DNA of 63,216 nucleotides from an uncultured Methanobrevibacter sp. (GCF_902771225.1 NZ_CACXWH010000001.1), one strand, 5' to 3'; counted from the stretch's first letter, positions 38,771-50,882 are shown. Program-made: numbers and translations. The notes: generated by a model not told the origin, from the sequence alone.

Positions 38771-40429
38771 TTAAATTAATTTTTTTGCCATATATGGGCC
38801 TTTTCTTTCATAACCAAATTTACGATAATAATTTCTAGATCCAATACCGCTAATAATGGCTATTTCATCTTTATTATTATTTATGGCTAAATTTTCTGCT
38901 TCTTTTAATAATCTTTCACCAAAACCTGTGTGCTGGCCAATTGACGAATTTTTATTTCCAATCTGAATCATATTTCCATAAACATGCAGTTCACGAATAA
39001 GGGCTGTTTTTTCGGTAATTTCTGGTCTAAAAATATTTTCAGAAGGTAATCTAAATCTTAAAAATCCAGCAATACTTTCTTCATTTTTATCTTCAATAGA
39101 AATAAATGTTTCTTCACCGCCGCACGCAGTATATGATTCGCTGAATAATTTAAAATCATCTAAAGTATAATTTTCATTTGTCTTTTTGTGACCAATTTCA
39201 CGGCATCTAATGCATTGACAATTAATATTTTGTTCATCTAATTTATTGTAAACTAACTCTCCTAAGTTTGATTTTTGAACACCTGCTTCAATTAATGTAG
39301 AAGGAATATCTCTTTGGATTCTCATTGTTCTAACCCATTTGGGAAGTATTTTTTTAATTTCAAATATTAAATCAACAGCTTCCTCATCAGTGTATGGGCT
39401 ATAAGTGCCTTCTTGCCACATATCATATAATTCACTGCCTTTTGTAACAAGGCATGGATAAATTTTAAGCATGTCCGGTTTGAAATTTTCATCGCTAAAT
39501 AATTGTTTGAACATTTTCAAATCTTCTTTTTGACTTACAAATAAGCCAGGCATCATATGCATTGCTACTTTAATTGCTGAATCTCTTAGGAGTTGGTTTG
39601 ATTCAATTACATCTGCAATAGTATGTCCTCTTTTTACTTTAGTGTATAGTTCATCTGATAATGTTTGGACACCTAATTCAACTCTTGTAACTCCAAAATT
39701 AAGCATTCTATTAATATGGTCTTTTTTACAATAATCTGGACGTGTTTCAAAGGTCATTCCAACACATCTAACTTTAGAATTTTCATTAACAAGCTGGATA
39801 TCTTCTATTAAAACATAATCATTAGGAGGATAAGTCTTTACCACATCTTTTTCAAAATCTCTAATCAATGATTTATTTATTTCAAATTCAGCATTATTTT
39901 CTAAAATTAATCCAAAATCAGTCATTGCCTTAAGACATTGTGATACAAACCATTCCTGGTAACATAAATCTCTTGAAGGGAATGTTCCACCCATTATAAT
40001 TAATTCTACTTTATCAATTGGATGACCTATTTTTTTAAGCTGAACCAAACGATTAAAACATTGGACATAAGGATGATATTCAAACATTCTTCCTCTTAAT
40101 GCAGCAGGTTCTTCACCAGTATAGCTTGGAGGAGCAATATCACTTTCAGGACAATATAGGCACCTTCCATGCGGGCATTTGTGTGGATGGCACATTACCG
40201 CCACAATAGCTACTCCGGATTTTGTTCTAGTTGGTTTTTTCTTTAATGTATCCGAAACAAGTTCTTTTTCTTCATCTGTAGCATATTCGAGAATATCTGC
40301 ATTACTCATAAATCTAGATAACTTCAAATCACGACAAAGTTGTCTTTTTTTAACTTCTAAGTCACGCCGAGTTGATATTTTACCTTCAATAATATCATTT
40401 ATTATAATTCGACATGCATTTTTCATCAA
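38771..40429 (-). CDS. elp3: tRNA uridine(34) acetyltransferase Elp3
   Basis: [45 protein letters not shown]. Confidence 0.95.
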   Translation of the reverse strand: MMKNACRIIINDIIEGKISTRRDLEVKKRQLCRDLKLSRFMSNADILEYATDEEKELVSDTLKKKPTRTKSGVAIVAVMCHPHKCPHGRCLYCPESDIAPPSYTGEEPAALRGRMFEYHPYVQCFNRLVQLKKIGHPIDKVELIIMGGTFPSRDLCYQEWFVSQCLKAMTDFGLILENNAEFEINKSLIRDFEKDVVKTYPPNDYVLIEDIQLVNENSKVRCVGMTFETRPDYCKKDHINRMLNFGVTRVELGVQTLSDELYTKVKRGHTIADVIESNQLLRDSAIKVAMHMMPGLFVSQKEDLKMFKQLFSDENFKPDMLKIYPCLVTKGSELYDMWQEGTYSPYTDEEAVDLIFEIKKILPKWVRTMRIQRDIPSTLIEAGVQKSNLGELVYNKLDEQNINCQCIRCREIGHKKTNENYTLDDFKLFSESYTACGGEETFISIEDKNEESIAGFLRFRLPSENIFRPEITEKTALIRELHVYGNMIQIGNKNSSIGQHTGFGERLLKEAENLAINNNKDEIAIISGIGSRNYYRKFGYERKGPYMAKKLI

Positions 40430-40515
40430 TATTCACCTTTTTTATTATATATAGTTAATTTTATATATGGGTATGTTTTAATAGTATATTAAAATAATAT
40501 TATTGAGGCGATAAT

Positions 40516-40785
40516 ATGCGTGCAAAACAATTATTTGGTATTACTGTATTAGATAAAGATGTAAATGAAGTAGGAAAAATTGAAGATTTAGAAATCGATA
40601 CAGAAACTGGTAATGTCACAAAAATTATTATTTCTTTAAACAAAGGTATTTTATCCAATGATTCAATCGAAGTTGATTTTGATAAAATCGCAACAATTGG
40701 TGACTACATTCTTTTAAATAATGTAATCAGCAAAGATGATGATGGAGAAGTTGAAAAAGTTGCTGTTGAAGTTGAAGATGAATAA
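40516..40785 (+). CDS. PRC-barrel domain protein
   Basis: LFGITVLDKDVNEVGKIEDLEID..TG...IATIGDYILL. Confidence 0.85.
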   Translation: MRAKQLFGITVLDKDVNEVGKIEDLEIDTETGNVTKIIISLNKGILSNDSIEVDFDKIATIGDYILLNNVISKDDDGEVEKVAVEVEDE

Positions 40786-40803
40786 ATGCTAATAGGTCAA
40801 ATC

Positions 40804-41100
40804 ATGGTATTTGATGCTCGTGATAAAGAAATTTCAATTGATGATTACGTTCGCTATATTGACACCGGAACAGTAGGTAAAGTTCTTGATACTAGAATTG
40901 AGGATGAAATTGCTTGGGTTTTAATTGATAAAACTGGTTTATGGTATAAATCCAAATTAGTTGAAATTCTCGATGAAAAAGATATAAATATTAAAGACAC
41001 ACCTACTGGTCGTGAAGTCGATGTTGAAGAATTGAAAGAAAAAGCCGAAAAACTAGAAAATATGCAAATGGATTCTAGTGTTGCGGAAGGTGGAGGATAA
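40804..41100 (+). CDS. Conserved methanogen protein (DUF2098-like)
   Basis: VRYIDTGTVGKV, W.LID.T.LWY, C-terminal GGG. Confidence 0.7.
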   Translation: MVFDARDKEISIDDYVRYIDTGTVGKVLDTRIEDEIAWVLIDKTGLWYKSKLVEILDEKDINIKDTPTGREVDVEELKEKAEKLENMQMDSSVAEGGG

Positions 41101-41108
41101 TCCTCCCC

Positions 41109-43181
41109 TCAATGCTTATTAGCAAATTGTTTTATTTTTTTAGATAATGTTTCACCAACACCATCTATTTTTTGCAACTCTTTTTCACTAACTGATTTTA
41201 AATCTAGACCAAAGACTTCAACAATATTTCTTGCTCTTTTTCTTCCAAGACGCTTAACACCTACAACAAGAGGAATAATATCTTCTTTTACACCATAATA
41301 AAGTCTTGCAGATAAATAATCATAATCTTTTAGTTTAGAATAATCACCTAAAACTTCTGATGTGTTTTTAGCAAATCGAATAAGTCTTGATGCTTCATAA
41401 GCAGTCCTTCTTGTTGATGCGGAATAAACACCATACTTATTTTCAATTTCAAATTCATTTCTCTCATTAATCCATTCAATTAATGAAACTGTAGTCGCTT
41501 CAGGATTTCCTATATCGACAGCAAAAAGACCTAATTCTGACATTTTTTCACGAACAGGGTCTTTGTTCTTTCTTCCTTTAAATGTAATCAATGGTAAATC
41601 CGGTGTTTCGGCAAGGGCATAAATAAATTCTGGAATGTTAAATGTGTCTATGGATGAAATATATTCTTTAATTTTTACTGCTGTTTCCACAGCATAATTT
41701 GATTTAGCTATTAAATTTCCGAATTCAGTTGTTTTCAGTCCTTCAGGGGTTGCTCTTATTATTCCATTTTGAAGTAAAAATTGCAGTGCATTTTCAAGTT
41801 CCCATTTTAAACTATCTGATGCAAACAGTGACATTGACGGGTTATTACTCATTTGATATCCATATAATGTTTTTTCAAAGAAATCAACAAGTTCATCCAA
41901 ATCTTTTGATAGAGATGATGCAATCTGTGCAATAATTTGTTTATAAATTGCATCTTTATTGTCCACTAATTTGGAGTTTGTTAATTCAATTTCACCATTA
42001 ATAAAATAATCTTCCAGTTCAAAAGCTTCATCTGCAGTTTTAGCAATAAGGTATGAGTATCCGACATCATCGTACTGCGGTCTTCCGGCACGACCAGACA
42101 TTTGTTCATAATCAAAAACAGGTATCAACTGAGGTCCGTTGCTAGTCCAGCGTGTTGTATCTCTTATTGCAACAGATTTTGAAGGTAAATTGACACCATA
42201 CATTAAACTAGGGGTTGCACTTATCATTAAGATATTTCCTTTTCTAAATTCATCTTCAATAATTTCTTTCTGTTCATTAAAAAGTCCTGCATGGTGGAAT
42301 GCAACTCCTTTTTCAGCTGCTTCAGCTAATTTTATACAAGTCGTTGTTGGAAGTGATCCTTTATTTTTTGGAACTTCAATTATTTTATTTGCAACTTCTT
42401 TAAAGTTTTGTTTTTGTTCTTTTGTAAGTTTTTTATTTATTTTTTTAGCAACATATGTGGCTAGACTTTCTGTAAAGCGTCTGGTAGATACAAAAGACAG
42501 TGCCTGTGAATTGTCTTCCAGTGCTTTTTCAACAATTTTAACAATCACATCATTTTTATTTTTTGTGTTAAACATTTCAGCATCTAAAACTTCTTTGTTT
42601 AATGGCACTGGCCTGTAATCATGTTCAATGCATTTTCCTTCGAGCCATCCTTCTATTTCTTCAATATTTCTAAGGGTAGCTGATAAAGCAATTATTCTCA
42701 TTGAGGGATTAATAATTTTTGCTCGTGTAATGGCTGATTCTAGTGTTGGACCTCTGCTGTATTCTCCGATCATGTGGAATTCATCAATAATTAATGTATC
42801 AACATCACGTAGAGTATCCCATGAAAAACGGGTCAATGCATCAAATGATTCAAAAACCATCACAGATAAATCTGAACTTGATGGATGTTTACCAACACTT
42901 ATACCATGCTCCTCAAATGCTTTAAATTCCTGGACTTTTTCATTTTGTATTGATAAAAGTGGTGCTGCATAAACGGCTTTTCCTTTATTTAAAATAGTTT
43001 TTAGTGCAGGCAATACTCCGAGAACAGTTTTCCCACTTGCTGTTGGAATGCAGATTATATAATTTGATTTATCATCCAAATATCCTGATTCAATAACTGC
43101 TTTTTGCGCCGGATTAAAATCTTTAATATATGGGTAGGCACTGTTAATTATTTTTTTAATATCTTTAGCTAAATTTTCCAT
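41109..43181 (-). CDS. hel308: Ski2-like DEAD/DEAH helicase (Hel308/Hjm)
   Basis: PTASGKT, DEFH, LSAT, FHHAGL, GVNLP, QMSGRAGRPQYD, C-terminal HhH. Confidence 0.88.
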   Translation of the reverse strand: MENLAKDIKKIINSAYPYIKDFNPAQKAVIESGYLDDKSNYIICIPTASGKTVLGVLPALKTILNKGKAVYAAPLLSIQNEKVQEFKAFEEHGISVGKHPSSSDLSVMVFESFDALTRFSWDTLRDVDTLIIDEFHMIGEYSRGPTLESAITRAKIINPSMRIIALSATLRNIEEIEGWLEGKCIEHDYRPVPLNKEVLDAEMFNTKNKNDVIVKIVEKALEDNSQALSFVSTRRFTESLATYVAKKINKKLTKEQKQNFKEVANKIIEVPKNKGSLPTTTCIKLAEAAEKGVAFHHAGLFNEQKEIIEDEFRKGNILMISATPSLMYGVNLPSKSVAIRDTTRWTSNGPQLIPVFDYEQMSGRAGRPQYDDVGYSYLIAKTADEAFELEDYFINGEIELTNSKLVDNKDAIYKQIIAQIASSLSKDLDELVDFFEKTLYGYQMSNNPSMSLFASDSLKWELENALQFLLQNGIIRATPEGLKTTEFGNLIAKSNYAVETAVKIKEYISSIDTFNIPEFIYALAETPDLPLITFKGRKNKDPVREKMSELGLFAVDIGNPEATTVSLIEWINERNEFEIENKYGVYSASTRRTAYEASRLIRFAKNTSEVLGDYSKLKDYDYLSARLYYGVKEDIIPLVVGVKRLGRKRARNIVEVFGLDLKSVSEKELQKIDGVGETLSKKIKQFANKH

Positions 43182-43309
43182 TTTAATCAATTAAAATATT
43201 GTTTTTTAATATATTAATATATTATGTGAGAGCATCTGATAACAAATATTTTAAATAGTATAATTAATAAATTAGTTACAAACTATAAACTTAAAGGTGT
43301 TATGATAAT

Positions 43310-43570
43310 ATGGTTATTAAAATTGAAGTGTTCAAAACTGATTCATGTCCGCACTGCCCTGCTGCAGTAAGTGCGGCTGAAAATGCTAAAGAAAAATTCG
43401 GCGATCAAATTGATGTCGAAATAGTAAATGCAAATAATCCAGATAACATTGATAGAGCTAGACAATACCAAATCATGGCAGTACCAACAATTGTCATTGA
43501 TGGTAATGTAGAATTTATCGGTGCACCTAGTGACGTTGAATTAATTAATAAATTAGAATCTCTATTATAG
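43310..43570 (+). CDS. Thioredoxin/glutaredoxin-like protein
   Basis: CPHC, AVPTIVIDG, FIGAP. Confidence 0.92.
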   Translation: MVIKIEVFKTDSCPHCPAAVSAAENAKEKFGDQIDVEIVNANNPDNIDRARQYQIMAVPTIVIDGNVEFIGAPSDVELINKLESLL

Positions 43571-43598
43571 ATTCTCTCTTTTTTTTTATTTTGTAAAA

Positions 43599-44675
43599 AT
43601 GACAGAAGAAAATTATACTGGTGTTACTACCGGCACTGTAGCTACCGCTTGTTCTCTAGCAGCTATTGATGCGATTTTGGATTCGCCAGATATTGTTTGT
43701 GTAACTGTTGAGACTCCAAAAAAATCTTTAGATATTCTTATTGATAGTTGCAGTAAGTTATCAGATACTTCTGCATGTGCTGTAGCTCATAAAAATCCGT
43801 ATAATGATCCCGATGTTACAGTTAATTTAGCCATTGTTGCTCACGTAGAATTAATTGATTTTAAAAATGAAAAAGTTATTATTACTGGGGGGGAAGGTGT
43901 TGGCAAAATCACAAAACCTGGCCTTCAAATCCCTGTTGGCGAGTATGCAATTAATCCAGGTCCACGTAAAATGATTAAAAAGAACTTGGAGAATCAGGTC
44001 CCCGAAGGTAAATCTGCAAAAGTCACCATTTCCATCCCTGAAGGTTGTGAAATTGCTCGAAAAACTATGAATCCGAAGTTAGGTATTGTTGGGGGAATTT
44101 CAGTTTTAGGAACAACGGGAATTGCAAGATCCATGTCTAGTGAAGCTTATAAAAATTCTATTGTAACTCAAATTGATGTTGCAATAGCATCTAATTTGGA
44201 GGAATTAGTTTTTGTTCCAGGTAATATCGGTGAAAAATTAGCATTAAAAAGATTGGATGTTACTAAAGAGCAAATTATACAGACTGGAAATTATGTGGGC
44301 TTTATGTTTGAAGAGGCTAAAAAACGTGGGATAGATAAATTTACTTTCTTTGGACATATTGGCAAATTGATAAAAGTGGCTGGAGGAATATTTAATACAA
44401 AGCATTCTGTTGCAGATGGCAGGCGCGAAATAATGATTACTCATGCAGCCATTTGCGGCGCTGAAAAAGACACACTGGAGAAATTATATGAGTCAGCTAC
44501 AACTGATGACATGTTAGATATCCTAAATGAAATAAACATTCAAAAAGAAGTGGCTAACAGTATTGCAGCAGCTATTAAAGAACGATGTTTTGCACGTTTT
44601 GGACTGGGGCTCGATGTCTTTTTGGTAGATATGGAAGGTAATTATTTAAATGATAATATGGAAGGATTTTTATGA
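43599..44675 (+). CDS. cbiD: Cobalt-precorrin-5B C1-methyltransferase
   Basis: GVTTGT, DPDVT, GGEGVG.ITKPGL, AINPGPR, GGISVLGTTG, GHIGKLIKVAGG. Confidence 0.93.
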   Translation: MTEENYTGVTTGTVATACSLAAIDAILDSPDIVCVTVETPKKSLDILIDSCSKLSDTSACAVAHKNPYNDPDVTVNLAIVAHVELIDFKNEKVIITGGEGVGKITKPGLQIPVGEYAINPGPRKMIKKNLENQVPEGKSAKVTISIPEGCEIARKTMNPKLGIVGGISVLGTTGIARSMSSEAYKNSIVTQIDVAIASNLEELVFVPGNIGEKLALKRLDVTKEQIIQTGNYVGFMFEEAKKRGIDKFTFFGHIGKLIKVAGGIFNTKHSVADGRREIMITHAAICGAEKDTLEKLYESATTDDMLDILNEINIQKEVANSIAAAIKERCFARFGLGLDVFLVDMEGNYLNDNMEGFL

Positions 44676-45742
44676 AAATAGCTATGGTTGGTCAATTTCC
44701 ACCTCATTTTGGTGGTGTTGGTGTTCATATTCATACATTATCAAAAGAACTTATTCGGCAGGGTCATGAAGTTTATGTAATAACATATCCCCATTCAGAT
44801 TTAAAAAATATTGATGGAATTCATGTAATTGGAACATCAGGACTTAACATTCCGGGAATTAGAGGTTTAATGTTTAAAAGGAATGCTCGAAAAGCATTAG
44901 AAAACCTGGTTAAAGAAGTGGACATCGATATTATTCATGGCCACTATTTATTCCCTGCCGGAGCGGCCGCATGTGAAGTAGGTTCAAAATATAATATTAA
45001 AACATATGTTACCGCTCATGGTTCTGATATGTTTGAAATGTATAAAAAACAATCTTTTATGAGGCCTTTTATTAAAAAAGTATTAAAAAAATCAGATGTT
45101 GTTTTTGCAGTAAGCAATGCTTTAAAACAAGAAATATTATCAACTAATGTTAGTGGAATTGAAGCTAAAACAAGATTATATTGGAATTCAGTTGATATAA
45201 ATAAATTTTCTAAAGACAATAAAAATTTACTTGAAAATCATGGAAAACCCATTGTTTTATTTGTTGGTAATATTATTAAACGTAAAAACGTTAATTTAAT
45301 TTTAGAAGCTAAAAAACAATCTAATGTGGATTATGAAGTGGTTATAGTTGGTGATGGTCCTCTTTTAAATGATTTGAAAAATAAAGTTGAAAAAGAAAAC
45401 ATTCCAGATGTGAGATTTTTAGGTTCAAGAAATGATGTGGAAAATATCATTCCAGGTTGTGACGTGTTAGTATTGCCGTCATTTTCAGAAAGTTTTGGAT
45501 TAGTATTAATTGAAGCATTAGCCTGTGAAAAGCCAGTTATTGGAAGTAATGTTGGTGGAATATCAGAAATCATTACTGATGATGTTGGATTATTAATTGA
45601 TCCTAATGATTCATCAACTTTAGCTAGTGCAATTGATAAGATAATTGGGGATGATGAGTTTAGACAAAATTTAGCTTCTAATGCAAGAGAAAGAGCAATA
45701 GATTTTAGTAAAGTTGAAATTCCTTATGATGAGATGAAATAA
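44672..45742 (+). CDS. Glycosyltransferase family 4
   Basis: PPHFGG, TAHGSD, FVG...RK, ESFGLVLIEA. Confidence 0.92.
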   Translation: MKIAMVGQFPPHFGGVGVHIHTLSKELIRQGHEVYVITYPHSDLKNIDGIHVIGTSGLNIPGIRGLMFKRNARKALENLVKEVDIDIIHGHYLFPAGAAACEVGSKYNIKTYVTAHGSDMFEMYKKQSFMRPFIKKVLKKSDVVFAVSNALKQEILSTNVSGIEAKTRLYWNSVDINKFSKDNKNLLENHGKPIVLFVGNIIKRKNVNLILEAKKQSNVDYEVVIVGDGPLLNDLKNKVEKENIPDVRFLGSRNDVENIIPGCDVLVLPSFSESFGLVLIEALACEKPVIGSNVGGISEIITDDVGLLIDPNDSSTLASAIDKIIGDDEFRQNLASNARERAIDFSKVEIPYDEMK

Positions 45743-46608
45743 TGATTAAAAAACTTAAATGTCCAGGTTCTGCAACAATAATTAATGCCATAGCGACAGG
45801 TTTCGGTTCTGCTTTTGGAATCGGCCTTAATATTGAATGTGAGGCTAAAAGTATAGGTGCAGGGATAAAATGTTATAATGATGTTGGAGCAAGTACGGAT
45901 TTAATGGATTTGTGTGTCCGTAAAGTTTTTAAAAATTATGATATTGATGAAGCAGATTTCGGTTTAGAAATAAAGACAAGGTCAACTTTGCCTATGGCAT
46001 CAGGCCTTTCAAGCAGCAGTGCTTCTTCAAATGCAATTGTTGCAATTTCCTCCAGTATAATTAGTGAAGAATTTAATTTAACTCCTTTAACTGATTTGGA
46101 AATTATTAATTTGGCTATTGATGCATCTATCGAAGCTGGAGTTACCATAACAGGTTCATTTGATGATGCAACAGCATCTTATTTTGGTGGGGTTGTTGTA
46201 ACTGATAATAAAAATCGTGAATTCATAATCAAAGAGAAAATGGAAGACTATAAAATATTGGTTTATATGCCTAATTTCTGTGCAAAGTCCGGGGATAGTG
46301 ATGTAAACCGTATGAAAGTGTTGGCTCCACTTGTTGAAACGGCATTTGATTTTGCTAAAAATAAAGATTATCTAAAAGCTCTTAATTTAAATGGTTTAAT
46401 TTATGCCTCAACTTTAGGTTTTGATTCAGCTATTGCTATTGATGCTATTCAATCAGGGGCATTGGCATCAGGTCTTTCAGGAACCGGTTCATCATTTGTG
46501 GCAATTTGTGAAGATAATTCTATTGATGATATTAAAGATGTATGGAGTTCTCTTGAGGGTCGGGTTATTGAAACCCATGTTGATAATGATGGGTGTGTAT
46601 TTTTATAA
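45742..46608 (+). CDS. aroK: Archaeal (GHMP-type) shikimate kinase
   Basis: TIINAIATG, P.ASGLSSSSA, TGSFDDA, GLSGTG. Confidence 0.92.
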   Translation: MIKKLKCPGSATIINAIATGFGSAFGIGLNIECEAKSIGAGIKCYNDVGASTDLMDLCVRKVFKNYDIDEADFGLEIKTRSTLPMASGLSSSSASSNAIVAISSSIISEEFNLTPLTDLEIINLAIDASIEAGVTITGSFDDATASYFGGVVVTDNKNREFIIKEKMEDYKILVYMPNFCAKSGDSDVNRMKVLAPLVETAFDFAKNKDYLKALNLNGLIYASTLGFDSAIAIDAIQSGALASGLSGTGSSFVAICEDNSIDDIKDVWSSLEGRVIETHVDNDGCVFL

Positions 46609-46725
46609 TTTATTTTTTTAATTTTTAATTAAAATTTTCAATATATGGTTATTTATGACATAGTTTATATACTATGATTATTATAATTTATATTATTATC
46701 ATTATTATCAAATTTTGGTGATTTT

Positions 46726-47061
46726 TTGACTAATGAAAATGAGGTAAAATCTTTTAATAGTAAAGAAGATGCTGAAAATCTTTTAAAAGAATCTAGAAAT
46801 CGCATTGATGAGATTGATAATGAGTTATTTGATTTAATTTGCCAAAGAACTTCAATTGCAAAGGATGTTGCTCTTGCAAAGGATTATTTGGGTTTACCAA
46901 TTTATGATAAAAGCAGGGAAGATGCAATACATGCAAAAGTTGAGAAGTTATCTGAGGAAAACGATATTGATACAGATATAATTAATCAAATCGTTGACAT
47001 GCTAACTATATTAAATAAGAATGAGCAGAATGAAATATTGAGGAGGAATGTTGATGGGTAA
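46726..47061 (+). CDS. Chorismate mutase (AroQ)
   Basis: [12 protein letters not shown]...R...K...IYDKSRE. Confidence 0.85.
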   Translation: MTNENEVKSFNSKEDAENLLKESRNRIDEIDNELFDLICQRTSIAKDVALAKDYLGLPIYDKSREDAIHAKVEKLSEENDIDTDIINQIVDMLTILNKNEQNEILRRNVDG

Positions 47062-47251
47062 TATTAGAACTTCATTTGTTAAACGTTTAGCAAGAGAACT
47101 TATAGAAACTCACAAAGGTGTTTTTACTACTGATTTTGAAGAAAACAAAAAATTAGTTTCTGAGTATTCAACCGTAAGCACTAAACATTTAAGAAATAAG
47201 ATTGCTGGTTATGTTACAAGACTTGTTAAATTAGAACAAGCACAAGAATAA
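47054..47251 (+). CDS. rps17e: 30S ribosomal protein S17e
   Basis: [11 protein letters not shown]...[10 protein letters not shown]...[12 protein letters not shown]. Confidence 0.97.
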   Translation: MGNIRTSFVKRLARELIETHKGVFTTDFEENKKLVSEYSTVSTKHLRNKIAGYVTRLVKLEQAQE

Positions 47252-47289
47252 ATTTTCTAAATTTTTATTCTTTTTTTATCACTTTTTTT

Positions 47290-47802
47290 GAATGTGGGAT
47301 ACAACTCACTAATTTTTAAATTTTTTAATTATTTTTCACGTAATTTTTTTTACTTTAAAGTATAATTAATTATTGTTGATATTAAGCTTTTTTGTTGTTT
47401 TATTTATGGTTTTAAAAGATATAATATTGATCAGACCATGTTGATGTCTGTGGACTTGATGAATTTGATTTGAAACCATCAGTGTTATTTTATTAAAAAT
47501 GTTGTTGTTAATGAGTGGAATATGCAAGAAATACCACCAAATATTTCCGGATAATAGATATTTGCAGACATGAATGCATATTTTAATCTCGGACAAATGG
47601 ATGTGGGCATATATTATTCACGAAAATTATTGAGAAAAGAAAAGAAATACAATTTATCTGAATAAGCATTTTTAAAGACAATTTCAGATATGATTTCGAA
47701 CTAATGGTCTAAATATTCCTTTGAATAACCCATATACTGAGTAAGTGAATACAAAAATTAAAAAAGATATAAATCAATTAAAAAATTTTGCATCTCATCT
47801 TC
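47290..47802 (+). mobile_element. Degenerate, internally deleted IS1182-like element (MITE-like remnant)
   Basis: Imperfect terminal inverted repeats GAATGTGGGATACAA (47290-47304) / TTGCATCTCATCTTC (47788-47802), 11/15 match, T7 on both flanks; frameshifted MVLK/YNIDQTMLMSVDLMNLI*NHQCYFIKNVV from ATG 47406. Confidence 0.6.
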
Positions 47803-47940
47803 TTTTTTTAGTAAAATTTTATAATTAATCATTTTTTTTAAAAGTTTATTAATATCTTTTAATAAAGATATATATCGTATTTTTGTTTAATCAAAAATAA
47901 TAATTAAACTATTAATAATTTTGAAATAGGGTGAATTTTA

Positions 47941-49164
47941 ATGGATTTAATTGTAGCAAAATTTGGAGGCACATCGGTTGGTGATGGCTCAAGAATTAAA
48001 AAAGCGGCGCAGTCCGTAGTAAATGAATATATGAAAGGTAATCAGGTAGTTGTTGTAGTTTCTGCGGTTAATAAAACTACTGATGAGCTCATTGATTTAT
48101 CTAATGATGCGATTGGTGGAAATTTAACTGATAGGCAAAAGGCAGAAATTATGGCTATGGGTGAATTAACTAGTGCTAGGTTATTTTCCGCAACTATTGA
48201 ATCATTAGGTGTTAAATCCCAGTTTATTGATCCGTATAATGACTTGTGGCCTATTATGACAGATTCAAATGCTTTGGAAGCTAAAATTGATTTCGCTACT
48301 ACAAGTAAGGGATTTGAAGGAATAGGAGAACTTTTAAATCAAGGAATTATTCCGGTTGTTTGTGGATTTTTAGGAAAAGGGCCAAGTGGAGAAATTACCA
48401 CTCTTGGGCGTGGTGGAAGTGACATTTCCGCATTTTTAATTGGGCATTGTTTAGATGCACATGAGGTAATCATTGTAACTGATGTTGAAGGTGTAATGTC
48501 TACTGATCCAAATAAAATAGAAGAAGCAGAGTTATTGGATGAAATAACTGTTGAAGAAATGTGGGATTTGGCTACTCATGGTGCTCAGGTATTACATCCC
48601 CATGCATTAAAATATAAAGATCCATTAATAAGTGCAAAAATTATTAATTTTGCTCATGGAGATTTGTCAGTAAAAGGAACTCGTATTACTGGCCCTTCTG
48701 AAGGCGACAGGACTAAATCCGTTTCACTTTATAAAAATCCTATTTCACTTATTGCTTTAATTGGCGATGGAATGCTTAAAAAATCAGGCCTTTTAGCTAA
48801 ATTAACTGCATGTCTTGCACGTAATAATATTAATATATTTGGCATTTCGGCAGGACAAAATTCAATGACGGTTTTTGTTGAAAAACAAGATTCACAAAAA
48901 GCATATCGTTTATTGCATAATTTAGTAATTGAAGATGATGTATTTAGCTCATTATCTTTGGCTGAAGACACAACAATGATTACAATAGTAAGTCCTGATT
49001 TTACTGAAGAAACTCCGGGAATTATTTCAAAGATTACAGAACCGCTAAGAATGAATCATATTAATATAATTGAGATTTCATCATCTCAAACTGCTATTGT
49101 ACTTTATATTAAATTAGAAGATGGTAAAAAAGCTTATGAATTACTTAATGAGGTTTTAGAATGA
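47941..49164 (+). CDS. lysC: Aspartate kinase
   Basis: [28 protein letters not shown]...DP, two ACT domains. Confidence 0.95.
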   Translation: MDLIVAKFGGTSVGDGSRIKKAAQSVVNEYMKGNQVVVVVSAVNKTTDELIDLSNDAIGGNLTDRQKAEIMAMGELTSARLFSATIESLGVKSQFIDPYNDLWPIMTDSNALEAKIDFATTSKGFEGIGELLNQGIIPVVCGFLGKGPSGEITTLGRGGSDISAFLIGHCLDAHEVIIVTDVEGVMSTDPNKIEEAELLDEITVEEMWDLATHGAQVLHPHALKYKDPLISAKIINFAHGDLSVKGTRITGPSEGDRTKSVSLYKNPISLIALIGDGMLKKSGLLAKLTACLARNNINIFGISAGQNSMTVFVEKQDSQKAYRLLHNLVIEDDVFSSLSLAEDTTMITIVSPDFTEETPGIISKITEPLRMNHINIIEISSSQTAIVLYIKLEDGKKAYELLNEVLE

Positions 49165-50051
49165 ATTTTGAAGGAACTTATGTTGCAATGGTAACTCCTT
49201 TTGATAATAAAGGAAATATTGACGAAGAAGGCCTTAGGTCAAATATTAATTATTTGATTGATAAAGGTGTTAATGGATTAGTGGGGGCTGGAACAACCGG
49301 TGAATCAGCCACAATTACTCATGATGAACACAAACAAATAATTGAAGTTTTGGTTGATGAAGTTGATGGTAGAGTGGAAACTATTGCGGGTACTGGCAGT
49401 AATTCTACTTCAGAAGCTTTGAATTTAACTAAATTTGCTCAGGATATTGGTGTTGATGCAGCACTTGTTATTACTCCCTATTATAATAAACCTCAACAAC
49501 ATGCACTTGTAAATCATTATCAGGCTGTTGGAACATGTGATCTTCCAATTATTGCTTATAATGTGCCTTCCCGTACTGGAGTAAACATGGATGTTGAAAC
49601 AATTGTAGAAATTGCAAAAATTGATAATATTGATGCAGTAAAAGAAGCAAGTGGAAGTGTTGATAAAGTTTCTGATATTTACAATGCTCTTTTGGCTGAA
49701 GGTCTTGAAGATGATTTCAACATATTGTCTGGTGAAGATTCATTGACTTTACCGATTATGGCCGTTGGAGGAACTGGTGTAATCTCCGCATCCGCAAATA
49801 TTGATGCTAAAAGAATGGTTTTAATGGTTGATAGTATTTTAAATGATGATTATGATCGTGCTTTTGAACTTCATAATGAAATGCTTGAATTAATTAGAGC
49901 ATTATTCATTGAAAGTAACCCTGTTCCGGTAAAAACTTCAATGAATCTTATGGGTCTTCCTGCTGGTGATTTAAGAGCACCATTAGCTCCAATGAAAGAG
50001 GAAAATCTTGAAGTTCTTAAAAAAGCTTTAAAAAATGCAGAATTAATTTAA
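49161..50051 (+). CDS. dapA: 4-hydroxy-tetrahydrodipicolinate synthase
   Basis: [32 protein letters not shown]. Confidence 0.97.
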   Translation: MNFEGTYVAMVTPFDNKGNIDEEGLRSNINYLIDKGVNGLVGAGTTGESATITHDEHKQIIEVLVDEVDGRVETIAGTGSNSTSEALNLTKFAQDIGVDAALVITPYYNKPQQHALVNHYQAVGTCDLPIIAYNVPSRTGVNMDVETIVEIAKIDNIDAVKEASGSVDKVSDIYNALLAEGLEDDFNILSGEDSLTLPIMAVGGTGVISASANIDAKRMVLMVDSILNDDYDRAFELHNEMLELIRALFIESNPVPVKTSMNLMGLPAGDLRAPLAPMKEENLEVLKKALKNAELI

Positions 50052-50060
50052 GGTGTTTAA

Positions 50061-50882
50061 ATGATTAAAGTCGCAGTAACTGGGGCTGCTGGAAGAATGG
50101 GCTCCGGTATTATTAGAAAAATTACAGAACAAGATGATATGGAAGTTGTTGCAGCTATTGAGATTCCGAACTCACCACTGGCTGGAAAAGATGCAGGTCT
50201 TCAGGCAGGTACTGATGAGTTGGGTGTTGAAATTGTAGGTAGTGAAAAGTTAGAAGAAACTTTAAAAGCATCAAAACCTGATGTTTTAGTTGATTTTACT
50301 ATTGCACCTGCTGCTGTCGAAACTATTAAAACAGCAACTGCATGTGGAGTTAATATAGTTGTTGGAACGACTGGTTTTACAGAAGAGCAAATGGCATCCA
50401 ATATAAAAAATGTTGAAGAAAATAATGTCGGTGCAGTTATTTCATCAAACATGGCTATTGGTGTTAATGTATTCTTCAATACTTTAAAGAAATTAGCTCC
50501 ATTATTATATGATTTTGATATTGAGATTATAGAAGCTCACCACAATCAGAAAAAAGATGCTCCGTCCGGAACAGCAATGACTGCATTTGAAGTAATTGCA
50601 GAGGAATTAGGCCGTGATACTGAAGAAGTTGGTGTTTATGGAAGACATGGTTTAGTTGGTAAAAGAACTCCTGAAGAAATTGGTGTTCATGCTGTACGTG
50701 GTGGAGATATTGTTGGTGATCATACTGTAATGTTTGTTGGTGATGGTGAAAGATTAGAAGTTAAACATCAAGCACATACAAGAGAAGTTTTCATAGCTGG
50801 TGTAATTAGAGCTATCAGGTATGTGCCTTCTGCTAAAAAAGGTATTGTTAGCGGTATGAATGATGTTTTGGGTTTGGAATAG
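50061..50882 (+). CDS. dapB: 4-hydroxy-tetrahydrodipicolinate reductase
   Basis: [26 protein letters not shown]. Confidence 0.97.
   Translation: MIKVAVTGAAGRMGSGIIRKITEQDDMEVVAAIEIPNSPLAGKDAGLQAGTDELGVEIVGSEKLEETLKASKPDVLVDFTIAPAAVETIKTATACGVNIVVGTTGFTEEQMASNIKNVEENNVGAVISSNMAIGVNVFFNTLKKLAPLLYDFDIEIIEAHHNQKKDAPSGTAMTAFEVIAEELGRDTEEVGVYGRHGLVGKRTPEEIGVHAVRGGDIVGDHTVMFVGDGERLEVKHQAHTREVFIAGVIRAIRYVPSAKKGIVSGMNDVLGLE

Noticed and set aside
41729-42972. Plus-strand ORFs of 68-159 aa opposite hel308, and similar short antisense ORFs across the window
   Set aside because: Antisense shadows of well-supported genes, without motifs or RBS.
46659-46676. CATAGT-TTATAT-ACTATG palindrome around a TATA-like box upstream of chorismate mutase
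   Set aside because: Only 6-bp arms, seen once; not distinguishable from background.
47366-47596. 76-aa minus-strand ORF
   Set aside because: Antisense to the decayed transposase remnant; no recognisable motif.
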